Below, one piece after another: positions 50,899 to 60,489 of a DNA stretch of 64,000 bases (position 1 is the stretch's first letter; each line of letters opens with the position of its first letter). The DNA lies in NCBI GenBank assembly GCA_051294905.1, contig CM119371.1, forward strand, positions 7,380,001-7,444,000. The letters are read 5' to 3'. The DNA is from Botryllus schlosseri. Its lineage: Eukaryota. The notes beneath the pieces are model-generated. The model searched no databases, was not told the DNA's origin, and saw only the letters and a program-made list of their open reading frames with translations. The translations under genes were made by a program, and so were the position numbers.

Positions 50899-51407
50899 GA
50901 TTGTCAATTAACTACAATATATAATGATTCTACGATTATTATGATGTAGTAGCACTGTTATTAAAGTAAAGATGATTAGGTAGCTCAAGTAATGCCTGAA
51001 CAAAGCATCATAATACTTATCAACGTCACAATTATGAATTGATGTGAAATCAACTACACACAAGTCGCAGTTGTAAGCAAACAGATAGGATAAATGCGAG
51101 AGGAGAGACATTGAATTTCAAGCTTAATCTGAACACAGTCATGTCTAAAATTTAGTGTTGATATATTTATAAAAACCTGCTATGCTATAGCCGCAGGTTC
51201 CACAAAAAACAACCCAATATTATTCAAAACACTGATGCGAAGTGAAGATGTCAAACTATCTGTAGTAATCAAAGCGAAAGAATCAAAACTTCTGTACAAC
51301 ATCATCTATAGGCTACATAGTAAGTATTAGAATATGCAACCTAAATTGCATATTTTCCCCCAAGTAAAAGAAGCCGTATTGTGGCTTTGGGAATAGTCAG
51401 GATTACC

Positions 51408-51877
51408 AGAGAGAGATAGATAGAGAGAGATATTTATTGATTTGTCCAACCGTAAAGAAAACATCATTGGCACATGCAACAACAATAAATGAACTTACGG
51501 TATAGGACAGGGTGTGACCGATATGACTCTGGGTAGGGTCAACTAGTCTGATCACACCCTGCATTAACAAATACAGATTTTGTGTTATAAATTTGGATGC
51601 ATTGGTTGGGATCAATCAATTCAGCTCAGCATAAAAATAAAATACTAAAGAAACTACAAATTTGGTGGGAGACAAGTGGATCATTGGTAATGGGAGATGA
51701 GGTGACTAAATAATTCCTTTTTGAAGGAGTGGTATGGGAGGTCCCGTATTGAAGAGGGTATAGCATTCCATATGACAGGACCGGCATAGTCGATCGATTT
51801 CTTTGTGAGGCTACTGGTGGGTCGATGAAAATAGATGTTGCCCTGGGAAGTAAATCTGGTATTGTGTGAGTGAACAC
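51408..51877 (-). mobile_element. 5'-truncated LINE 3' end (CR1/L2-group ORF2 C-terminus plus 3' UTR)
   Basis: HSHNTR..SIDYAGPVIWNAIPSSIR..SFKKELFSHL* matches the CR1/L2-group C-terminal motif; AATAAA followed by a (TC/TATC)n tail; empty site at about 42245. Confidence 0.82.
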
Positions 51878-52663
51878 AATGGTGGTTCTTGAACTTTTCA
51901 TGGATGCGGCTCAATTTTCATTTCGCAAATATGCCATGATCCACAACTCAGCCTCAATCTCTATCTAAGCGGCGGCAATATGGCAGGTTTAGAGAGGTGA
52001 CCTATGTAATGGGTGTTACATCACAATTCCCTCGTCATTGACCTGAGTTATTGTTTCAACTGAATAGCAGGTTGTAAATTCAGATTGGGGCGCTAATATC
52101 ATTTACGAGCGACACAGTGAAATTTTACGATTCTTCAAGGGATATCTGGACCTTGACTTGAACAACTAGAACTTTTCAGATTTTTCAAATAAGGGTAAAA
52201 TCAGAATAATAGCTACACTGTTTTTTTTTCAAATGAAGGGTAAAATAAGAATGATACCTAAACAGTGTTTTACAAACTAGATTAAAATTACAAATATAGT
52301 TACTTTTTTTTTCAAATCATATTCGAATTGCCGAGTCCACGATAACTTGGACATTGAATCAAGTTCAGAGCTAGTCATAGTGTGAGCACGATAAAGGCAA
52401 ACCTTAGCTCGTTTCGTGCTATACAGACCTACTGGAGCATTTACAGGAAAACTGGAAGATAGATTAGAATAAAAATTAAAGCATAGAAACATTATTGAAA
52501 TTAAATTAGTATTAAAGCAAGGACACATTTCACGAATTCGACTACTTGCATTTCAACCTAATTAGTCAAATTGTACAACTAAAATTATGTAGTTGTCCAA
52601 GTAGGTCTGGATTCTGGACAGTCTCCGATTTTTTAGGTGAACTGTTTGATTTGGAGTCCGACT

Positions 52664-53214
52664 CAGGGTTGTAACCAAGTCACAAGGCTTCGAGTCACAA
52701 GTCAATCTCACATTTATAGTTTTGACTCGAGTCAAGTCGAGTCATTTCAATTCACCACCGAGTCAAGTCCGAGTCCAAGTCAGCGAGCAGAGTGCCGAGT
52801 CCGAGTCATGGAATTATGACTTGAGTCCGAGTCCAAGTCATTGTGTTGACTGCTCAGTTTCCAGTTGAAGTCTTGGTAAACCCACTTTTTATAATTCTGT
52901 TTGGTGATATCGAATGGTTCGCATTTATAATATACCAATTTTCCTCACTTTTAGCAGTTTATGGTCGCATTTTCAAGTACCAGTACCAACAGACGAAATC
53001 CCAATAGTGTGTTGGCTTCGGAATTACAATGAAATGTAGGTCTTGGCCGTCTGAGTCTCGAGTCAATGACTTGGTTCGAGTCATGCGCAATGACTCAAGT
53101 CCAAGTCGAGTCAATACACAGATTGACTCGAGTCGAGTCGAGTCATTTCCGTATTTTGAATAAATCAGAAAATCGTGACTTGAGTCGGACTCGAGTCGAG
53201 TCATTACAACCCTG
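52664..53214. mobile_element. hAT MITE, GACTC/GAGTC-rich family
   Basis: TIR CAGGGTTGTAA / TTACAACCCTG; TSD GTCCGACT / GTCCGACA; empty site at about 3226. Confidence 0.9.
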
Positions 53215-54135
53215 GTCCGACATGGATTGTTACTTGGTGCCTGCAAAGCGCTTCGCCTGGTCACTAGATGTCGCCAAATTGAAGGAGGCGCTTTTCGTAA
53301 CGAATTCACGACAAATGTGAAATTTTGTCGGTGTATGCTTCTGTGAGAACCTGCGATCCAGTGATGGGGCTGGAGTTGGGGCAGTGATGGGGCTGGAATT
53401 CTTCGTTTGGCTGCTTCAAGCCACCATATTCTTACTCCGCATGAAACCTTGCCGGGTATGCGCTGCTTCACGGCCCACTCGATCTGAAAAAAATATTAAT
53501 GAGTCAGTCGATACTAGCATTGGAATCACAGGATATTAAGGTATTTTTTAAATCTCGGGATTTCAAGAAAGCATCTTCCAGCAATTAGTTCGCTTTTAAA
53601 GCAGCGTTACAATATCATCTGAATTTCTTGAACACTCTACATTGCTGTGAAATTAATATCAACTATGGCATAATAATGAACTACAATCTTTTTCAATCTT
53701 TTTCGTAATGGTACGCCATTTTAAAGAATGCTCAAAACTTGTCCACCTCGGTTCACATAATATATCGAATCCGTAGCAATCTTAATCGGAAGAGGGATGT
53801 AACATGTAACCCTGCAGAATTCCATTGGAAATGCTAATGCAACCAACCAATCAGCTTTCAACATAACCGGATCCTGATTGAACACATTGCTTTTCAACCG
53901 GGGTCTACGAAACATTACTAGGCAACCGTGAACTGATTGATAAATATAATTTGTGACATCGGAAGCTAGGGTCGACCAACGCAAACACAGATCTTAACAC
54001 CATCCAGTCAGATTCCAGGTTTCCAGAGTGTACTTATGACTGATTATCAAATCAAAACTACTTACATAATTCAGTAGTTTTCAAAAACAGCAAATTCTTT
54101 TTCTCCTTGAAGTAGGCTACTTCTGGGTTGGAAAA

Positions 54136-54533
54136 TAGGGTTACCATACATCCTCCTTTTCTCAGGTTTTTGAAAATGTCCTCCGAGGACGCCTAAATGT
54201 CCTCCTTTTTGGTAATTCGTCGTCTTTTACAGCTATTACAGCCAAGATAACGGATAGATTCAAGTTAAAACGAGCATAAAAGTACGCTAAATAGAAAATT
54301 CATGGTTTGATCGAAAGTGAAGACCTTTTTTACAAGTCAACACCACTAATTTTAAGTAAAAAGTGTGTAAAACGAGTGTCGAACCAAAGTGATGACCTTT
54401 TTTTAGTCAAGCAACCATCAAATCAAGACATAAATTACCATTTTTTCCGGATATTTCTCCTGCCTTGTAAGTCTGAAAATTTTGATAAAGTGACCTCATT
54501 TGAGATTTCCAAAACATGGTAATGGTAACCCTA
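54136..54533. mobile_element. hAT MITE (TAGGGTTACC family)
   Basis: Perfect TSD TTGGAAAA; same site as 7803-8149. Confidence 0.9.
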
Positions 54534-54821
54534 TTGGAAAAGCGATACTTTTACTCGTGCTGGAGTGAACTTTGCATTGCTACTTTTACTTGGAGTAGCT
54601 TTTTCGACCACTTCTGATCATGCATACGGGCTCATGCAATCACAGATTGTTGTTCTTATTCTTAGAAACTTTTCCGAGACAGCCAAGAAACTTTACCTCC
54701 ATCCAAATTTACTGGTCTCGGTGTGCAATATTTATTGCATGATTTCTTTGTCAGCTAGGAATAAGAAAATATTGGGTGTAGACATAGGTAGAGAGTGTAA
54801 ATATTGGTGTGCTCATGTCAC

Positions 54822-55978
54822 CAGCAGAATTGGACAACTAGATAATTCCAACTAGATAATTCCAGTTGTCTAATTTCACTAAATTAGAGCGAAATGCCAG
54901 TAATCTAATTCTAATCTAATTTGTGAAATGTCCGTCTGCTCTAATTCTAGTTCTAATCCAATTATTGTTTTCCTGAAAATGCCTCTTTGTCCGAGGCATA
55001 TTGCACTATTGCAGTGAGTTAACAAGAATATCCCTCTTGCGCAGGGAAATCCAGTGCCAAGTCGCCATCGCCTTACTTACACCGTACGTTCATAGAAGAT
55101 ATTATGACGAATAATAGCCTGCTAGAGTAGCTTGTAGTCTGGGAACAACATTCTAGTTTTTAAAACTTTATGTTAGTACATGGTCATTCTGACTAACATG
55201 GGCTATGCCCACGGTTACCATAAAAGAAGTAAATAAAAGAAGTAATATTTTAATAAAGTATAGTAAAAAATCGAGCAAAGCGTGGTGTACAGAGGTTAAC
55301 CATTCTCATGGTTATGGGAATGCACTGTTGTTGTTTTTATTAAACAAAAATATGTGGCGCTTATCGCCTCAGGGCCTTTTTCACCACGCACTGTGATTTG
55401 ATGTGAACTGAATTTGGCTGTATTCCTTTCCCATATACAATTTCATTCAATTTCCAAGTGTTTGCGAACTAAGTAGCTCTAATTATAATTCTAATCTAAT
55501 TTGAAAAAAGCTATGTAGCTGTAATTCTAATTATAATTTGAAAAAAGCTGTGTAGCTGTAATTCTAATTATAATCTAATTTGTAAAAACTGTGTAGCTCT
55601 AATTCTAATTCTAATCTAATTTGAAAAAAGCTTAGTAGCTCTAATTCTAATTATAATCTAATTTGAAAAAAGCTTAGTAGCTCTAATTCTAATCTAATTT
55701 GAAAAAAGCTTAGTAGCTCTAATTCTAATTCTAATCTAATTTGAAAAAAGCTTAGTAGCTCTAATTATAATTCTAATCTAATTTGAAAAAAGCTGTGTAG
55801 CTCTAATTCTAATTCTAATCTAATTTGAAAAAAGCTGTGTAGCTCTAATTCTAATCTAATTTGAAAAAAACTGTGTAGCTCTAATTCTAATTCTAATCTA
55901 ATTTGAAAAAAACTGTGGAGCTCTAATTCTAATTCTAATCTAATTTAGAAAAGCTGAAAATTGTCTAGTTGTCCAAGT
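54822..55978. mobile_element. MITE of the TTGGACAACTAG family with an internal tandem array
   Basis: TTGGACAACTAG..CTAGTTGTCCAA inverted ends; absent at the paralogous site at about 8690; decayed relatives at about 2715-3190, 22100-22520, 33960 and 56195-56580. Confidence 0.75.
55475..55950. repeat. 36/42-bp tandem array (CTCTAATTCTAATTCTAATCTAATTTGAAAAAAGCTGTGTAG), about 12 units
   Basis: Directly visible head-to-tail units built from a CTAATT sub-repeat. Confidence 0.92.
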
Positions 55979-57159
55979 GCTGTGAATATCTATGGGATTT
56001 CATTCTGAAATTTACAATATGAATGTTTGCTATGTATATCTTTTACACTGTTGCCAATTGTGGATATGTCACAATATTTCATAGCAACTCACCTGATGTC
56101 ATCATGATTCCTGGTGCCGAGATCTTGTCTTTTGGCTGGTGAAAGCCTGAAAGAAGATCTCACAATTAGACAGCCAGAAAAATAGACTTGAACTAGATTT
56201 GGACAACTGGAAAATTTTCAGCGTTTCCAAATTAGATTACAGTTACAGCTACAAAGTTTTTGCAAATTAGAGTAAAATTATATTATAGCTACACAGTTAT
56301 TTCCAAATTTGATTAAAATTATTATTGTAGCTACAGCTTTGTCCCAATTAGATTAGAATTACAGAATTCGCGCAAACTTGGATGTTGAATCAACTTATCA
56401 AATCATGGTTCATTCTTAGTAGCATGTCTTGAGTATAGCATGCTGCACGAGGATGGCCAATGTCTGTAGAGCAAGCTTGGCTCGTTTCGCACTATACAGT
56501 TCTCCTGTAGCATTTACAGACCAACCAGAAAGTAGATTAGAAATAAAATTAGAGCATAGAAGCATTTTACAAATTAGATTACCGGTACCAGCATTTAGAA
56601 AAATTTGTTCGTTCATTAGACTCTACCCTGTGCACAATGTCACATCAACGGTGTAATTAACCAATAACCATCCAATAAAGACATCAATCTTGATGATCAC
56701 TAACGAATACAGAGGCGTGCTTGAAGGAATGGTTTTAGATGGGATTTCAAGAACATGCGGCATAGGGGAGGGAAGCTATTATCCATACTTCAATTGTTCT
56801 ATTAGCAGCCATTCACGTTAAATCAGTTCCTACAAACTGGGATAATAGTTCAGCGTTGGGGCAAATTGAAAACTGATATCATTATGTTAACTTTACTAAT
56901 CAACTCCTAAATTCTTCCATAGGTGCGAATTGAATGTTGATGTCTGTCCTAATTGTGACTTGAAAAAACGCAGCCAGATAAAACTCACCTTACATGACAA
57001 TTTGTAAATTGCTTGAAAGTTGCAGCTTGCTTGACTCTTATTGCAAGAAAATCCTTGCCTGTGATGATAAGGAAAGGATGCGTCAGGTTGGAAACGATTA
57101 AAATTTGAACTTTACAGTCACCAATGTGTTCAGACTTGTTGCTACAGATGTAAATAAGG

Positions 57160-57589
57160 TAGGATTACTATATTTCGAAATCGGGAAAGAGGACACTTCT
57201 ACCAAATCATTTCAAGTTAGTTGAACAAAACTGAAAGCAGCCGATTTTGCAATATTCACCGGAAATTATGTTGAGTTCACTACAAAAAAAGAGTTCATCA
57301 TTTTTACTCGACTCCTGATTTACCCACTTTTTATTTGAATTTTGTGGTATCACTAAAAAAAGTAACCACTATCATTTAAATCCCGAATTGGCCCCACGAA
57401 CGTTCGTATTGCCAATTTCACGTCATTTATGCAGATTTCCGTTGAATCTGTCCATTAACCTAGCTGTAAAAGCTGTAAATGAGGACCGATTGCCCAAAGG
57501 GAGGGCATATATCCGTCCTCGAAGGACATTTCTAAAAACCTGAAAAAGGTGGTAAAAACCTTCCTAAACGAGAACGTATGGTAACCACA
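57160..57589. mobile_element. Degenerate hAT MITE
   Basis: Termini TAGGATTAC / GGTAACCACA; perfect TSD AAATAAGG; empty in paralogues (gaaataagatc). Confidence 0.78.
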
Positions 57590-59025
57590 AAATAAGGTCG
57601 TTAATCGTGGTTGAGTTGAGTTTATTGAGAATGATTGTATCATTTCAAAAACACCCCACCGCAGCTCAGCATTGATGGCAAATAATCGAATCCAAAATCA
57701 TTGATGAATTCAGAATGACTCACTTTTATCTCTCGAATTGAATCGTCAGACATTGATGCATGTCAGATTCCAACTGATTGAGATTGTCATGCAAACTTCT
57801 TTCATCACCAAAGCCACTTCCCATCGGCCAACCAGACTATGAAATGATACGTTATAAATTATGATCTTCTGGTTGCAATCCACTGTAAAAAATTGAAAAG
57901 AGTGGTTATGAAAAGTAACATCAATGAATGTATTGTATATACTCCACAGGTTGCTCAAACCAGGCTATCGTACAAGAAGATGTGGTAGATAACGAGTTGC
58001 CGATAGTCGCCTCATAATCAAAGTGGTTTGTTAAGTAACATGCGGAAAAATTCGGATTTCTTGATCATGGATAGCAAAAAAATAATGCCACACAATAAAG
58101 ACAACAAATTACATCAGATTTAATCTCGTACTTGGATATAAAGTTGTAACTTGGCTCAAAAAGTGGCTCAACAAGGATGACATCCACACTTTTTGAAATT
58201 TTCATGCATTGAATCATTGAATGCAGTGGGTTATTTCATACCGAATTATTGGAAGGGTAAAACTTATACGCCGTACTGTAAACAATAGGTTCCCAACTCC
58301 TGATAAGGGCCATATCACCCTAGTGGGATCAATTGTGCAAGTCGTCAAAATGAACAACCATATCTATATTGGGCAAGGTAGTAAATATATGATGGGCTGC
58401 ATCAACTAGAATTACTGGCAGGATTATGCACATTGTACGTACAAGTACTGAAGTATATTTATACAAAATTACTGGCTTCTTTTGCTATTACATTCATCAA
58501 ATGATATGAATCTACCAAAAAGTACTTTACACATGACAGAATATGGAAAATTGAACATACGGATACAAATTTCTGCCGATTTGAAACAAAAAATGCACAA
58601 TCTTGAAGGCAATTACCATATGATGCATATAGCTTTATGAGTTGAAAATTTCAATGGTGGGCGACTTTAGTTTTATTCATGTCTCAGTGGCAGATTTGTA
58701 CAAACTACTAATCCAGTTGGTTTATGGTCAAATAGTAGTTCCAGTTGCAAATTTCAAAGCAAGTAGTTTAGCGCGAATAGTGATACTGGTGTTCTGCTGT
58801 TTGGCGTTCTTGTAGCTATTGTTAACATGGAGTCAACACTACAAATAACAATGGTGTGGCCAGTAAATGGGTTTTGAGGGTAGAAAACTGTCCATTTCGA
58901 ACTTCAAACCTTTCAACACAGATTCTGTCTCCAAGTCAGAGTAATTTGCATTAGAAGTACCCTACTGCACTCGCTTAAGAACTGAAAATCCAGTAATTGC
59001 TCAAGTTTGCTCAGTTGAGTGCAAT

Positions 59026-59731
59026 CTATATCTTCACAAATACTGATTTGTAAACTGGAAAACATTGATCTACTTTTGGCTTCCCTATAGTCCATTTGTC
59101 TTGTGATATATCGTACTTTTCAATTGCATCAGAAGTTTCTCCATCTGTTACTGCAAGAATGCACTTGTCAATGTGATATGCAGAAACTCGATAATGCCCA
59201 TCATTCATAGAAGATAATGAAGTCCACTGAGCTGAAGTAACATCGTAACATTCTACGTTGTCGACACACTTTATTCCACCCCAGCCACCGATCACAAAAA
59301 TCTTTTGATCAACTGCAACAACACCACTCCCACAAATAGGATATCTCATTGGGTCGAGATCAACCCACTCTGATGAGGATGGAGTGAATCTACAGAATGT
59401 TGCAACTATGACACCATCTTGTCCTTCACCTCCGATACAATAGATGGAATCATTCAATGATACAACACTTGTATCACATATCGCTGTAGGTTTGTCTTCT
59501 AGTTGAATCCATTGATTTACGAGGAAAGTAAATATTTCCACAACACTTGTTGCTTTAGTATAACTTCCTCCAACAATAAAAATTGATCCTGACAAATAAA
59601 CTGCGCGAGGATAGGCTCCATGATCACAAATCATATTTTTCATCTTTTCCCATTTTGAATTTTTGATCTGAAAATTGAGTCTATGAACTGATTTATTTCT
59701 ACATAAAACGTAGATATACGAGTCTAGAGAA
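59026..59731 (-). pseudogene. 5'-truncated Kelch-only copy K5 (BTB/BACK missing)
   Basis: Homology to K1-K4 runs from SLDSYIYVLC to YKSVFVKI* and stops abruptly at about 59731, where a GACTC-rich MITE fragment begins. Confidence 0.88.
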
Positions 59732-59815
59732 CACAATGACACGGACTCAACCTCATTGACTCTCATTGACTTATACCCGGAATTGACTCTGTGGTGAATT
59801 GAAAATGACTCGAGA
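59732..59815. mobile_element. Internal fragment of the GACTC-rich MITE at the K5 breakpoint
   Basis: atgacacggactcaacc..gactctgtggtgaattgaaaatgactcgag matches the reverse complement of about 16131-16215. Confidence 0.7.
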
Positions 59816-60489
59816 TTGTAACCCAAGCTTCGTTTGGAAACACATACTGTTGTGAGTATAGGCTACCATTTGAAGAGTGAATAACTTGGAGCAATTTCGC
59901 ATGCGGCTCAACAAGGAAGAGATAATTCTCACTCATTTGAAATTTCCATGCATTGAGTCATTGAGTGCTGTTGGTTATTTCATACTGAATTATGGGAAGT
60001 GTGAAACTTACACCGCTTACAGTAATCAGTAGGTTCTCCACTCCTGATATCGGCCATATAGCCATTGCGGAATCAATTTTCCAAGTCAACAAAATCATTG
60101 ACCACATCGATATTGAGTAGCTTAAGCAACTAAATATACGTTGGATGTATCAACTAAATCTGCCGGCAGGATCATGCACTATGGTATAATTATTGAAGTA
60201 GCCTATATTTCCACAATATTACTGGTTACTATTGCTATCACATTCATCAAATGATACGGATCTACCGAAAATTTGAAAAACCGAACGTTCGAAGTTCTGC
60301 CGATTTGAAATTAAAAAATGCACTATTTCCAAAACAATGATGGATATAGCTTGATGAGTTGAAGATTTCAATTGCGACGACTTTGTTTTATTCATGTCTC
60401 AGCTGCAGACTTGTACAAACTACTAATCTAGTTGGTTTGCGGTTAAGAACAGTTCTAGTTGAAGATTTTAAAAGCGAGTTTAGCAGCTC

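Larger units (their letters stand above)
42050..51065. repeat. Segmental duplication unit 4 (A/B chimera) containing K4
   Basis: 42385-42770 matches type A (2562-2945), then the sequence restarts as type B from about 42780. Confidence 0.75.
51066..60480. repeat. Segmental duplication unit 5 (type A) with truncated K5 and a re-duplicated downstream block (59816-60480)
   Basis: Shares the TAGGGTTACC MITE site with unit 1; 59816-60480 repeats the block seen at about 10490-11100 and 58140-58770. Confidence 0.75.

Noticed and set aside
52959..53471. 170-aa ORF
   Set aside because: It starts at GTG and runs from the decayed block into a hAT MITE, so it is a chance open frame.
55475..55950. Telomeric or CRISPR repeat
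   Set aside because: There are no TTAGGG-type units or spacers, and the array lies inside a MITE.
59732..59826. N-terminal 31 or so residues of the 266-aa ORF as a novel domain
   Set aside because: It is read-through from a TTG across MITE-derived sequence.
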